A DNA stretch of 64,000 bases from the sequence record NC_041975.1. One strand, given 5' to 3'. Both the position numbers and the translations under genes were made by a program. Below are positions 18,255 to 28,912 of the stretch, in pieces; the first letter of the stretch is position 1, and every line of letters begins with the position of its first letter. The notes under the pieces are model-generated. The model did not search any database, was not told the origin of the DNA, and saw only the letters and a program-made list of their open reading frames with translations.

Positions 18255-20366
18255 ATGAGTCATATTACCGAGGCAAGTGAACTCTCTGCAGAGTTGTTAG
18301 GCAGTGTGTTATGTTTGAACCCAACCGTACATGGCGATAGCAGCCCACGTTCTGCTATGTTCGGAGGTCATGCAGGACAGGCCGTGACAATCGAGGGTAG
18401 CACGCCACGTATGTTAAAAACCGGGATCGAGTATGAGTACGGTCAACGGACCTTCAAGATTGAAGCGCCGTGTCAGATGCTCGTGATCGGTGTGATTAAC
18501 CGTTTCGTCACCAACCACGTTGGTACTGGGGGTGTGAAAGAGAACCCTGAGAAATATGTGATCTATCAGAACTTAAGTGTAAATACGCCTACACCGACGT
18601 TCGGCATTCTGTGTATTCCGACCTATCACACACGTAACCACGCATTAGGGTTTAAGTATGTGATGGACAAGAAAGCAATTAACCGTTTGTACAGTGTTGA
18701 TGGTAAGGCGTATATCGAAAAGGGTGTGATCTTTGCCCGTTCCCCTAACTTGACCGAAGGTGGCGATTATAAGTACGGTCGTGAAACCAACGTAGCATTT
18801 ATGTCATTACCGGAAGTCGAACAGGACGGAATGGTGGTAACAGAAAGCTTCGCACAAGCCATGGCCTGTACCAAGATCGAAAGCCGTATCGCACAGTGGG
18901 GCGATGATCAGGTGTTGTTGAACCTGTATGGCGACGATGAGAACTACAAAGCGTTTCCGGATATCGGCGATAAGATTCGTGAAGATGGGATGTTGTTTGC
19001 GGTACGTAAGATCATACCAGGTACTGGCATTGTCAATCTGACCCCAAAAGCCCTTCGTACTTACGATCCGAACTTCGACTATCCGCAGTATGCTGAAGCC
19101 GGCGCCACGGTGGTGAACGTACAGGTGAACTCGGACCGCATGCGTACAGGACGTACTGATGTGCAGTTCTATGATAAACAAGCTGAACGGTATGAGCGTG
19201 CAGCGCGTGAGTTCTCCAAGTCTCTGCGTAAGATCTACGACGACCTCTATCGTACGTATGGTCATGGCATGATTCTGGAACCTGAGCTCAACCGGATGGT
19301 CACGGATGCCATCTCAGATACCGGCGGTATGGATCGCAAGATGAATAATCAAGGACAGATTATCAGCGTGGACAAAGGCACACAGGTCTATAACAAAGTC
19401 CCGATTGGTGACTGGCGTGTGAAGATCACCTTTGTTAAACGGATTGAAGCCGGCGTGCGCTTTAAGATCACCGATACCCATGGCGGTAAAGGTGTTATCG
19501 TAAACGTGATTCCTGACGCAGATGCCCCGACCGATGATTACGGTAACCGGGCGGATGTGATCATGGATGATGTGTCGATCACCAAACGTATGAACCTGGG
19601 TAAGCCAACCGAGCAGTATATCAACGGTGCATCAGTATATGCAGCGAAGATTGCACGCCAGATGGCAGCCAGCGGGGATCTGGATGGTGCCTGGAATCAC
19701 CTCATGAGCTATTACCATGCAGCCGCGTACGAGCAATGGGAAATGATGCAATCACCAACGTACCTGGATAACAAACCGAATCGCGATCATCATGTGCGTT
19801 GGGTGTGTGATCATGGTATTGAGTTGTTTGCACCAACTGACCGTCGCTACTTCGGGGCCGAGCAGGTACGGCGTATCATGAAGGAGCATGACTTCCCGGT
19901 TACACCCGTGACGTATCGTGCACCCGATGGGCGTATGGTCCGTACTCGTGATCCGGTGGTGATTGCACCGATCTATATCATCCTGCTGGAAAAAATGGGC
20001 GAATACTGGGCGTCGTGTGCGATTCCAAAACTCACACACTTCGGTACACTCTCATCCTTAACACAGGCGGATAAGTTTGCGTTACCGTGGCGTAACACCC
20101 CAACCCGTTTCGGTGAGTCTGAGTTGCGTCTGTTCTTAGCAGCGTGTCGTGGCTATTATGCGAACCGCTTGCAAAGCATGGCGAACACTCCGGCGATGCA
20201 GAAGGAAGCTGCATTGATGTTCTTGCGTCACGATACACCAATGAACATCCCGAACGTGATTGATGAAACGAAGACACCACTGGGGCGTGCACGTCCACTG
20301 CAGATGTATAAGCACAACCAGGGCTGTCGTGGCATTGAGTTTGAAACAACCGTGTTAAATAAATAA
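18255..20366 (+). CDS. nvRNAP beta C-half (phiKZ gp71-73-like), uninterrupted
   Basis: Motifs DSSPRSAMF, EQDGMVV, KITDTHGGKGVI and RFGESELR. Start at MSHITE with an AAGGA SD. Confidence 0.9.
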   Translation: MSHITEASELSAELLGSVLCLNPTVHGDSSPRSAMFGGHAGQAVTIEGSTPRMLKTGIEYEYGQRTFKIEAPCQMLVIGVINRFVTNHVGTGGVKENPEKYVIYQNLSVNTPTPTFGILCIPTYHTRNHALGFKYVMDKKAINRLYSVDGKAYIEKGVIFARSPNLTEGGDYKYGRETNVAFMSLPEVEQDGMVVTESFAQAMACTKIESRIAQWGDDQVLLNLYGDDENYKAFPDIGDKIREDGMLFAVRKIIPGTGIVNLTPKALRTYDPNFDYPQYAEAGATVVNVQVNSDRMRTGRTDVQFYDKQAERYERAAREFSKSLRKIYDDLYRTYGHGMILEPELNRMVTDAISDTGGMDRKMNNQGQIISVDKGTQVYNKVPIGDWRVKITFVKRIEAGVRFKITDTHGGKGVIVNVIPDADAPTDDYGNRADVIMDDVSITKRMNLGKPTEQYINGASVYAAKIARQMAASGDLDGAWNHLMSYYHAAAYEQWEMMQSPTYLDNKPNRDHHVRWVCDHGIELFAPTDRRYFGAEQVRRIMKEHDFPVTPVTYRAPDGRMVRTRDPVVIAPIYIILLEKMGEYWASCAIPKLTHFGTLSSLTQADKFALPWRNTPTRFGESELRLFLAACRGYYANRLQSMANTPAMQKEAALMFLRHDTPMNIPNVIDETKTPLGRARPLQMYKHNQGCRGIEFETTVLNK

Positions 20367-20373
20367 GGGGTAT

Positions 20374-22344
20374 GTGATGCAAAGCTATCATTGGCGTGAT
20401 CTGTTGTCGATGTCTGAGGAGCAGATTTGGCAACTTGATCCTGCAATCAACAACCCAATCATTGAAGTGGTGGCAGAGGATGCCACCTTCAAGATTCCTG
20501 CCCGGCAGGTTATCGGTAGCTGGTATTGCTGGCCGTTTCAAAAGCTCTATCGCAACATGGTGTTGTGTAAGCGTCATTTCATCACGGCGTTTCGTCTGTC
20601 GAACAAAACCATCCTGGGGATCATGACCAACGGTTATCGTGATTATGATGCGATGATGAACGGCACTATCTTAGATGTCGTGGCATTAAACAGCTTGATT
20701 GCGAAAACGGCGAACCGCATTAACAATGCGTTTGTCACCAAGATCCCGGAGTATGTCACGACCTCGGGCATGAAGCAGTATATTGAAATCGTGGATGACC
20801 CTGAGTTTAAAGCGATTCGTGATGCAATGGAACCTAACCAGAACTCGATTCGTGATGGTTATGATGCGTCACTCAAACTGCTGATGGACCCGAAGAAGTA
20901 TGTCGGTAATCAGGTGGCGGAGTATGTGAAGCAGGGATCAGCATCAGCAGGTCAGGCATTACAATGTCTGGTGGTGCGTGGTTATCTGACTGACCATAAC
21001 TCGCGTATCTTTGTTAAGCCGGTCATGGGTAACTATGTCGAAGGGTTGGGTAAGTTCTACGACTCGTTCGTGGAATCACGCTCAGCAACCAAAGCGGCGT
21101 TGTTTACCAAGAAACCCCTGGAAGACTCCGAATGGTTTAACCGTAAAATGCAGCTGGTTGCACAAGCGGTGCAGAAGATCCATCTGGGGGAAGATTGTGG
21201 GTCGACGATAACAGTGCCTATTGTTATGCGTCGTGGCTGGGCAAGTGCGATGGCCGGTACGTATTATCTGGATGATGATGGATCGTACAAAATGATCACG
21301 GAAGAGGACAAGCATCTGGAGAACCGGTTACTCAATATCCGCTCTCCGATGTATTGTAATCATCCTGACCGTACCGGTATCTGTGAGCGGTGTTATGGGA
21401 AGTTAGCGGTATCCATTCCGTACTTCAATGTCGAAGGGAAAGTTGGGGATAACCAGGTGATCGTGGGGCACGTCAGTGCAACAGAAATCGGTGAGGATCT
21501 CTCACAGAAGATGCTGTCAACCAAACACTTGGATACGTCCTCGACGGTAGATCCGTTTGCTATTCGTCGTGCCGATGCACTGTATGTGAAACCAGGCTTG
21601 CGTGAAAACGCCATTCGCCTGAATCCACGTCTGCGTAATGAAAAGGTCACGATGAAGGTATCTTTCGACAAAACTACCGCATTATCTGATATCGCAGTTG
21701 CCGAAAACTTAGATGAAGTAGCAACGCGTGTTTCCGGTTTCAATGAGATCGTGCTGGAGTTTGAGCGTGAAGATGGGGGTAAAGAGTCTATCCCAATCAA
21801 CACCACCCAGGGTTCTCGTCAGGGTCAATTCACTGTCGACTTCCTGCGTTACTTGCAGCGCGTAAGCTGGACGAGTGCGGACAAAGATTATATCTCTATC
21901 CGTCTGGATCAATTTGAATATGATTGCGATGTGGTTGAATTGCCGTTAGTGCATGAAGACATGATGGCGTATCAGAAGCAGATTGAATCCTACATCCGTT
22001 TCAGTAAGGAATCAGCGAACTGGAAAAACAAGTTTGTCACGCCGGATGAAGTGGGTGTGGTACTGGATGAGTTCTTCTCGTTACTGCGTCAGCGTTTGGG
22101 TGTGAACATTGTTCATGCACAAATCATGCTGTATTCAGTGATGACCATGGACCCAGCCAAAGGCGACTATCGTCTTCCGCGGGCGTATGAACCACGGCAG
22201 TTCTCTTCCTATCACGAATGTATCGAGTACCGTTCTCTCTCGGTCCAGCTCGTGTATCAGGAACAGGCAGCTGTGATGCTGAAGCCGTCCACTTTCCTCA
22301 ATGACAAACGACAACCGCACCCGATGGATGAAATCTTCAAATAA
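20374..22344 (+). CDS. nvRNAP beta' C-half (phiKZ gp74-like)
   Basis: Motifs VRGYLTD, ESRSATKA, EDCGS, RSPMYC...C..CYG and QKMLSTKH. Confidence 0.9.
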   Translation: MMQSYHWRDLLSMSEEQIWQLDPAINNPIIEVVAEDATFKIPARQVIGSWYCWPFQKLYRNMVLCKRHFITAFRLSNKTILGIMTNGYRDYDAMMNGTILDVVALNSLIAKTANRINNAFVTKIPEYVTTSGMKQYIEIVDDPEFKAIRDAMEPNQNSIRDGYDASLKLLMDPKKYVGNQVAEYVKQGSASAGQALQCLVVRGYLTDHNSRIFVKPVMGNYVEGLGKFYDSFVESRSATKAALFTKKPLEDSEWFNRKMQLVAQAVQKIHLGEDCGSTITVPIVMRRGWASAMAGTYYLDDDGSYKMITEEDKHLENRLLNIRSPMYCNHPDRTGICERCYGKLAVSIPYFNVEGKVGDNQVIVGHVSATEIGEDLSQKMLSTKHLDTSSTVDPFAIRRADALYVKPGLRENAIRLNPRLRNEKVTMKVSFDKTTALSDIAVAENLDEVATRVSGFNEIVLEFEREDGGKESIPINTTQGSRQGQFTVDFLRYLQRVSWTSADKDYISIRLDQFEYDCDVVELPLVHEDMMAYQKQIESYIRFSKESANWKNKFVTPDEVGVVLDEFFSLLRQRLGVNIVHAQIMLYSVMTMDPAKGDYRLPRAYEPRQFSSYHECIEYRSLSVQLVYQEQAAVMLKPSTFLNDKRQPHPMDEIFK

Positions 22345-22358
22345 GTAAGAGGTTGGCG

Positions 22359-23906
22359 ATGCGCAATACTGCGACAATCACTATCAATAGTCACGGCTTT
22401 ACAGTCTCTGATTATAATAGTGAGTTCTACGAGAAGTTGAAGTTGTATTGCGCTCGTTTTGTCAAAACAAAAATGGTCTCTAAGGTCGTCCATGGACGGA
22501 GGATCTTGGCTAAAGAAAATGACCGTGTTTTTGCGAGCGCTCTAAGCAACCGTCGAGAGATCCGCTTTCACATCAACTGCTATGAAGAGTTCAAACGTCA
22601 TATGCAGCAGTGGGGATATAATGTCTCCCGCTTTAAGGAAGTGCGAACACCAATTCCAGAAGGCAAAGATGCTAACTTCGAATTCAAGTTCGAAGGTGTG
22701 CAGCCCCGTGAGCATCAAGTGGAATGGTTGGAGTACCAGTTAAATAAAGACCAGGGTGAAGTCACCACGAAGATCAATACCTTGCAAACCGGTAAGGGAA
22801 AGAGCTTCTGCGGTATTTACAACATGGTCAAGCTGGGAAAAGTAACGGTCATTGTCATCATGCCAAAATACATCAATACGTGGATTGTGGCGCTGAATGA
22901 CTTTGTCAAGTTAGGTGAGAAAGATATCATGGTGGTGCAGGGTTCGGGTGAACTCAACGGCTGCATGAAGTTGGCTGAAGAAGGTAAACTTGAATCCCGT
23001 ATCATTATCATCAGTCTCCCCACCTTCCAATATTACATGTCGGAGTATGAAGATAACAACGGCGTGATGACGCATTACAACTACACACCTGATCAATTCT
23101 GGGCGATGATCCAACCCGGGTTTCTCATTGTCGATGAAGGCCATGAGTCAATCCACGCGCTGTTCAAGTTCGACCTTTACACCCATGTCAAAAATAAACT
23201 GGTGTTATCGGCCACCCTTGAGGCGGATGACCAGTTTATTAACGACATGTACTTTGTCATCTACCCGAATAAAATCAGGTTCCGTGGTGGTGAGTATGAT
23301 AAGTACATCGAAGCGATTGCCTTGATGTATGGACTGGTGAGTAATAAGAAGGTCAAGACCAAAGGCTTCGGCGGGACGTATAACCACGTCAAGTTTGAGC
23401 AGAGCATCATGAAAGACAAGCAGCTGTTGAAGACGTACCTTACGCTCATCAACAAGGTGTTCTCCTTCTTCTTTATTAAAGTGAAGGAACCCGAACAACG
23501 CTGCCTCATTTATTGTGCCACGGTCGAGATGTGTTTGTACGTGACGGATTATCTGAGCAGTATTCATGATACCCTGATCGTGCGTAAATATACCCAGGAA
23601 GACCCGAAAGAATCGTTGTATGAATCTGACGTGAGTGTTTCGACACTGAAGTCAGCCGGCACCGGTGTGGATATCCCAGGACTCCGCACTTGCATCATGA
23701 CGATCGCGATTGGGTCACGGCAAGCCAGTGATCAGGCATTGGGACGACTGCGGCGGTTGAAAGACTACCCGGACACTATCCCGACGTTTGTTTACTTCGC
23801 CTGCACGGGTATCGAAGCACACATGAAATACCACAGCAAGAAACTCGAACTCTTCCCAGTGAAGACGTTGAGTCTGCGTGAGGTGAACAGCGGCTTCTCG
23901 TTATAA
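22359..23906 (+). CDS. Superfamily 2 DNA/RNA helicase (phiKZ gp75-like)
   Basis: Walker A LQTGKGKS, Walker B IVDEGHE, LSAT, GTGVDIPGL and QALGRLRR. Confidence 0.9.
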   Translation: MRNTATITINSHGFTVSDYNSEFYEKLKLYCARFVKTKMVSKVVHGRRILAKENDRVFASALSNRREIRFHINCYEEFKRHMQQWGYNVSRFKEVRTPIPEGKDANFEFKFEGVQPREHQVEWLEYQLNKDQGEVTTKINTLQTGKGKSFCGIYNMVKLGKVTVIVIMPKYINTWIVALNDFVKLGEKDIMVVQGSGELNGCMKLAEEGKLESRIIIISLPTFQYYMSEYEDNNGVMTHYNYTPDQFWAMIQPGFLIVDEGHESIHALFKFDLYTHVKNKLVLSATLEADDQFINDMYFVIYPNKIRFRGGEYDKYIEAIALMYGLVSNKKVKTKGFGGTYNHVKFEQSIMKDKQLLKTYLTLINKVFSFFFIKVKEPEQRCLIYCATVEMCLYVTDYLSSIHDTLIVRKYTQEDPKESLYESDVSVSTLKSAGTGVDIPGLRTCIMTIAIGSRQASDQALGRLRRLKDYPDTIPTFVYFACTGIEAHMKYHSKKLELFPVKTLSLREVNSGFSL

Positions 23907-23990
23907 ACTGACTGTGTAAAAGACCAGGGGGCTTACTCCTTGGTCTTTTATGCTTTCTTTCCTTTTCTTTTTGTTAAGGATACACAGCTT

Positions 23991-24317
23991 ATGAATGGTA
24001 ACCGGCCAGTAATGGTGATTGGCGGCATGGGGTTGAGTCCTGCATTGATTGAGCGCTTACGACAGTTAGACGACCTGGAGATCAAGTTGGTGGCCGATGT
24101 GGCAATCAGTGATATCCTGGAGTTTGAACCGGGTTATGCTCGCGGCTTGGTTCAGGCGATTCAGCATCAGCAACAACGTGAGTGGAATCCCTTCCGGGAA
24201 AGCTACTGGGATAACTTCATTACCCTGCGACGTAAAGAAGTCAACGGACATACCCGCATTCCTCCCAAGAAAGCCACCTGCAGCACCCGTCGTAAGGGAC
24301 GGAGGTTCAAGGGATGA
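23991..24317 (+). CDS. Hypothetical protein with basic tail
   Basis: AAGGA SD before ATG at 23991; ends RRKGRRFKG. Confidence 0.65.
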   Translation: MNGNRPVMVIGGMGLSPALIERLRQLDDLEIKLVADVAISDILEFEPGYARGLVQAIQHQQQREWNPFRESYWDNFITLRRKEVNGHTRIPPKKATCSTRRKGRRFKG

Positions 24318-24637
24318 GTGAGATCGATTATCGTGCATTGAAGTATTGTGTCACCAAGGTTAGTCGACGTATCCGCGACGGAGATTCCCGTAACGCGTCA
24401 CGTTGCCTCTTCCAGTATGTTGAGACGCACGCCGCATTACAAGACATGGCCGCCATTGATCGTCTCTTAGCACAGTGCCGAGAAAATAAGGTACCCCTAA
24501 AAGAGATCAACAAAGTCTCGTTACTGCGTGCATGCTCATGTTTACGCCCCCACCTTACAGAGTATCAGTCGTGTATGGACCTGTGGCGCCAGGACATTAA
24601 AGCGGCGGGTATGGAAAACTTATTAATAGGATTGTGA
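24314..24637 (+). CDS. Hypothetical protein
   Basis: 107 aa, ATGA overlap. Confidence 0.7.
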   Translation: MSEIDYRALKYCVTKVSRRIRDGDSRNASRCLFQYVETHAALQDMAAIDRLLAQCRENKVPLKEINKVSLLRACSCLRPHLTEYQSCMDLWRQDIKAAGMENLLIGL

Positions 24638-24638
24638 T

Positions 24639-25001
24639 ATGTCTGATTATTGTGCGGATATCTTTAAAGCGATCAGTTGCAAAACCCCCACCAAAGGCAG
24701 TGAACTCTACATCGATGATTTCGGTGATCTGTGGATGTTGATTCCCAAGCTTAACCGCTTCGGTGAGCAGTCAGTGTTTCGTCAGTATGCCGGTAACCTT
24801 GCGTTGATGGCTGACCGCGGGCAGATGTATCAGGGTCAGTTATATGTGTGTGAGTTGATCCCGGGATATCACTTGGTGTTAACCAACCAAGCCGTGATGG
24901 TCAACCAATACAGCCTGGTGCAGTATGTGAAGACCCGTGCTGCGAAAGTAGAAGCGCGCTACCGTAAGAAACCCAAGCCGATGAGCCGAGCTTACGCGTA
25001 A
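24639..25001 (+). CDS. Hypothetical protein
   Basis: 120 aa in an operon-like run. Confidence 0.7.
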   Translation: MSDYCADIFKAISCKTPTKGSELYIDDFGDLWMLIPKLNRFGEQSVFRQYAGNLALMADRGQMYQGQLYVCELIPGYHLVLTNQAVMVNQYSLVQYVKTRAAKVEARYRKKPKPMSRAYA

Positions 25002-25031
25002 GCAACCTGACTGACAAGAAAGGATAGACCT

Positions 25032-25541
25032 ATGTTCGAATGGTTCTCTGTGTTATTGATGAAGTGGTTGACTCGAAAGGAAAAGAAACACAACAGGACA
25101 GTGCGGGTAGAACCGGTGGTGTTTGAACCGCAACTCAAACCCACCCCGCAGCCGTTGAGTAACGCGTTAAAAGAAGAAGCGCAGCAGATTCGGGACACCC
25201 TGCTGTTTGAGTCGCCGTTGAATAAATCCCGACCGATCCCGACCAAACCCACCTTACGGGTGGTAAGGTCCAGTACAAGCTCCTCACGCCCACACGGTAA
25301 GGCGAACGATGACAGTATGCTAACACATGCCTTATTGATGCAGCAGGTGTTAGCAGACGATACAGCGGCGTCTGATCGTCATCATCGTACCCATGCCCCT
25401 CAGGATAACCACCGCCATGAAGACCGACCCTCGTACCATTCCACGCCCACTCATCATAGCAGCTCTGGTAGTAGTCGCGATGATGATAACGGGAGTAATG
25501 ATTACAGTAGCGGACCTAGTGACAGCGGTTCGTCTGATTAA
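25032..25541 (+). CDS. Hypothetical protein with disordered Ser/Asp/His-rich tail
   Basis: 169 aa with an AAGGA SD; ends DDDNGSNDYSSGPSDSGSSD. Confidence 0.7.
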   Translation: MFEWFSVLLMKWLTRKEKKHNRTVRVEPVVFEPQLKPTPQPLSNALKEEAQQIRDTLLFESPLNKSRPIPTKPTLRVVRSSTSSSRPHGKANDDSMLTHALLMQQVLADDTAASDRHHRTHAPQDNHRHEDRPSYHSTPTHHSSSGSSRDDDNGSNDYSSGPSDSGSSD

Positions 25542-25580
25542 CACCCTCGATTAACCTTACGTAATAAGGAACGCCTCACC

Positions 25581-26489
25581 ATGACAGATCCCCGCCCCAT
25601 TCTCGCCGCAGCCATCGGAGAGCCCCAGGATGACGATTGCTGGGATTTTCCGGGCGAGACTGTTGTTGGTCACGGTGACTTGATGTACACCAACGTCCAT
25701 AAGCCTCAGGCGTTATGGAATGGTGTTATCCGGTCACTGCGAAAACGTTTCCTTACTGAACCATCAATTAACCAAAAGGATACTTGTATGACCGAGCAAT
25801 ACAAGCCATTGCCTGACACCGGATACCAAAGCCATGTCTGTGAGCCCGATGTTCTCAACACAAACGACCGGATTTATCCCCGCAAGAGTCTGGTAGCCTT
25901 GCTGGAGAAATTCCCCTCCTATAATTTTCGTGGAACAACCGTAAAACGCTATCCTTTTATGCGCCGTCTGGCGGTGTTGTTTAAGATAGCGTTCTTACAG
26001 ACCAGCCTTGACCAGAAGGCTTTATCTTTGAATACACGCCAGACCGGTAAGCCACGGATCACGCAACATTCATTAACTGGTATCTGTAATTTAATGCACC
26101 AGCTGCATTATGAGCTCAGAGAGCTTCAGTATCAAAACCCTAATCCGATTGACCTGACCCGTTACCTGAAACTCTTAACCGGTAAGGATGTCTGGGAGAA
26201 GCCAAGTGTGGGTGCGTGGGGTAGTGAATTTACCATGCTCTATTTTCATCATCATCAGGCAGGTGTCGGTAAATCAATGTTCTACAACATGTTGCCAAAG
26301 ATTAAACTGCACCTGGCGGGTATTCATGCGACGTTCGGTGGTCAACCATGGATCTATGACAGTAATTGCAGGGGTCCTGCTGGCTTCTGGCCTGCCACGA
26401 TTGAATACGGCATGGCGCATAATGGACCGGCCATCACTGCTCAGTTAAATCGCGAGCGTCTGGTGAAACCTAAGAAAGGAAAAGCATAA
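25581..26489 (+). CDS. Hypothetical protein (alternative start at 25788)
   Basis: 302 aa; both ATGs have AAGGA SDs. Confidence 0.65.
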   Translation: MTDPRPILAAAIGEPQDDDCWDFPGETVVGHGDLMYTNVHKPQALWNGVIRSLRKRFLTEPSINQKDTCMTEQYKPLPDTGYQSHVCEPDVLNTNDRIYPRKSLVALLEKFPSYNFRGTTVKRYPFMRRLAVLFKIAFLQTSLDQKALSLNTRQTGKPRITQHSLTGICNLMHQLHYELRELQYQNPNPIDLTRYLKLLTGKDVWEKPSVGAWGSEFTMLYFHHHQAGVGKSMFYNMLPKIKLHLAGIHATFGGQPWIYDSNCRGPAGFWPATIEYGMAHNGPAITAQLNRERLVKPKKGKA

Positions 26490-27598
26490 TGGCACTGGAT
26501 CAAGAGTATTATGAAAAGGCATTGGGCGTCCTACTGACCAAAGGTTTCTCTAACCAAGAAGCTGACCAGATCGCCACCACGCTTTCGGTATATCTCCCGA
26601 TGCGTTTCATCAAAGCTGGTGTATGGACACTCATGCCTTACGACCAGCATCCGGCTGATCCTCTGGCATTTAAACACATGCGGCTACTTGACCGTATCCC
26701 TGAGTTAAAGAAACCAGTGATCCTTCAAATGCCGACTGACTTTACTTACACCACGTATGGCCAGGAGTATTGCCCTGGCGCTGACGCGCCGGTATACACC
26801 ACAGGGCCTGATGGTTATACACATCATCCGGTTGGTTGGGAAAGTGGCATTACTGGCATGCCGGGTGTAATGGGTCCGGCTGGGGATGACAATATTGAAG
26901 TCAGTGATCTAACCGGTGATCAACCCCAAAACGATATCAGTCAGTTCACCGTTGTCATGCGGGTTGGTGGCAAAGCTATTAAAATGACGTTGGAAGAACT
27001 CATCCAGGAAATTGGAGGTTATGACAAACTTCCTGCTTCGGCACGTGCCGCGATTGATCGTGTCATGGAAGAGCATCGCAATGCCCCTGTAACTACTATA
27101 TCTGTGCGTACACCCTTACCAGGCGGAGTATCTCAGGAGCAAGCTGACTATCTGAAACTGGGCGACCTCAGCGACATCGAAGGGATCAAACGGGCTTACC
27201 CGATCATCGACGAGAAAACAGCTGAACGGATGTCTAAGTTGCATTGTCAGCTTAATCAGCATATCGCGCGGGTTCATCGTGAGCCGAGAGACGTTGAGGT
27301 ATTTGATCTGCTTGCGGGCGATCACTCTCAGCGGATATTCCAATCTCGTCATGCTAAACGTCAGTACCCAAACAGTTTGTTTGAGAAGTTCCTGCCGGAT
27401 CAAGCCGACATCGATGAACCCGAGGGCATGACTGTTAAAATCAAAACCCACAGCGTACGTCACTTCGGGCACGGTCTTGAAATTAGCACGCCTTTGTTTG
27501 GCCAATCCCACAAAAACCCTACGGGACCACAAACCATGCCGGGGCTTGAGAAAGGCCGTGATGGTAAACGTAAACGTAATAAGAAGGGCAGACGATGA
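26489..27598 (+). CDS. Hypothetical protein with basic C-terminus
   Basis: 369 aa, coupled by TAATG; ends KRKRNKKGRR. Confidence 0.7.
   Translation: MALDQEYYEKALGVLLTKGFSNQEADQIATTLSVYLPMRFIKAGVWTLMPYDQHPADPLAFKHMRLLDRIPELKKPVILQMPTDFTYTTYGQEYCPGADAPVYTTGPDGYTHHPVGWESGITGMPGVMGPAGDDNIEVSDLTGDQPQNDISQFTVVMRVGGKAIKMTLEELIQEIGGYDKLPASARAAIDRVMEEHRNAPVTTISVRTPLPGGVSQEQADYLKLGDLSDIEGIKRAYPIIDEKTAERMSKLHCQLNQHIARVHREPRDVEVFDLLAGDHSQRIFQSRHAKRQYPNSLFEKFLPDQADIDEPEGMTVKIKTHSVRHFGHGLEISTPLFGQSHKNPTGPQTMPGLEKGRDGKRKRNKKGRR
26925..26952 (+). repeat. 28-bp dispersed exact repeat, copy 1
   Basis: CCCAAAACGATATCAGTCAGTTCACCGT, identical at 41202-41229. Confidence 0.9.
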
Positions 27599-28368
27599 TC
27601 GATCGCAGTTTTGAAGGTGGCTGGGAGTCTATACTGCAATGGCATGGGTTTGCTGATCGTGCTAAACAGGGGCTGTCTGAGCACTTTGTTATCGTGGATT
27701 ACGGAACCCAGGCAGAGGCCGCCGCTTTTGAGCAATTGACAGCGTTGGCGGAGAAAGTGAAGTATGTCTCAGTCGAGCGGGTTAAAGCCGTTGATTTTAC
27801 CCCGACGCTTGTACGTACGCTACATGAACGTGAACATGGCTGGCATTACTGTCATGTCATGGGGCGATGTGGTTACGGCGGCCACGGGATAATGATTGGT
27901 GCCAATGGCGGCTGGACAGGCGCGCACGGCGGTGCAGGTGATGCAGGTTCGCCCTCAACACCTGATGATGGCTCGATACTATACCAGACAGATTACAGTA
28001 GTCCCTGCATCCAGGGCCGAGGATTTACTACGCTGCAAGACATGATGGAAAACGCCAGCCCTTACGATTACCCTCGGGAGATTCGTATAGTAGGGGATCG
28101 GCATGACCCGGATGTCAAAGCGTTAACGCAGGCAGTGATAAAGCTTGTTGGGCGTCGAGCCATCAAAGTAGTTAGCATACCGCATCCCGACATGATGTAT
28201 AGACCCGGCCCGCACCGAACGTATAACCTCGCGCTGGAGAAATACCGAGAGCGATTTGACATTGCTTATAAACAAGCATTAGAAAATGTCAACAAGGCGG
28301 CTACCCTGCCGTATGCCCGTGGGCCATTGCAGTCTGTTCTGGCGACTCAACGCAAGAAACACTTTTAA
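27595..28368 (+). CDS. Hypothetical protein
   Basis: 257 aa, ATGA overlap, Gly-rich middle. Confidence 0.7.
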   Translation: MIDRSFEGGWESILQWHGFADRAKQGLSEHFVIVDYGTQAEAAAFEQLTALAEKVKYVSVERVKAVDFTPTLVRTLHEREHGWHYCHVMGRCGYGGHGIMIGANGGWTGAHGGAGDAGSPSTPDDGSILYQTDYSSPCIQGRGFTTLQDMMENASPYDYPREIRIVGDRHDPDVKALTQAVIKLVGRRAIKVVSIPHPDMMYRPGPHRTYNLALEKYRERFDIAYKQALENVNKAATLPYARGPLQSVLATQRKKHF

Positions 28369-28395
28369 TCAGTTCCCCTCAACAGGAGAGTAACC

Positions 28396-28701
28396 ATGTG
28401 TAACATGCGATCGGATTGGTTTGTAGAAGACGAACCGTCCATGAAGGAAAGTGATCCGCATTTCGACAATAAAGCAATGGATGGCTTGATGGCAAAGATC
28501 CGTGACTTTGTTAAAGAGAGTGATGCGGCGACCTATGTCCCGCAAGCCCTGTTTGGCGAAGCCGGTAAAGTTAACCTGTCCAAAGTGGCAGCAGTAACCC
28601 GTCCGGTCGATCACCTCATTACCCTGAACCCAGTGGCCAATGACGGTGATGTGTATCTGGACTTCGCGCGAGGGAAGCGACGTGGATACAAACCCCACTG
28701 A
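28396..28701 (+). CDS. Hypothetical protein
   Basis: 101 aa with an AGGAG SD. Confidence 0.65.
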   Translation: MCNMRSDWFVEDEPSMKESDPHFDNKAMDGLMAKIRDFVKESDAATYVPQALFGEAGKVNLSKVAAVTRPVDHLITLNPVANDGDVYLDFARGKRRGYKPH

Positions 28702-28912
28702 AGTTAACATCGAGCAGACCAATCGTTATGAGGGGTCTACCGATGATTTGGTCCAGCAAGCTAATGATCGTGGTTTTCTCCAGGGGATTCGTATCACTTC
28801 TGGCGAGGACATCGATCCAAGCATTTGGACACCTGAGAAGATCGAAAAGTTGAAAGCTGCACTTCGACATATTCGTGACTCAGAACAACGCATCAAAGGT
28901 AGCCAGGGGTAA
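28682..28912 (+). CDS. Small hypothetical protein
   Basis: GTG start with a GAGGGA SD, followed by a hairpin element. Confidence 0.55.
   Translation: MDTNPTEVNIEQTNRYEGSTDDLVQQANDRGFLQGIRITSGEDIDPSIWTPEKIEKLKAALRHIRDSEQRIKGSQG

Noticed and set aside
25850-25900. VLNTNDRIYPRKSL resembles the N.NGRIYP motif of T4 gp21-type prohead proteases; AGVGKS at about 26260 resembles a Walker A
   Set aside because: No further protease His/Ser motifs or Walker B were seen, and short matches alone do not support a call.
28396-28912. Possible frameshift fusion of two overlapping ORFs
   Set aside because: The second ORF has its own SD and GTG at 28682 and no slippery run was seen.
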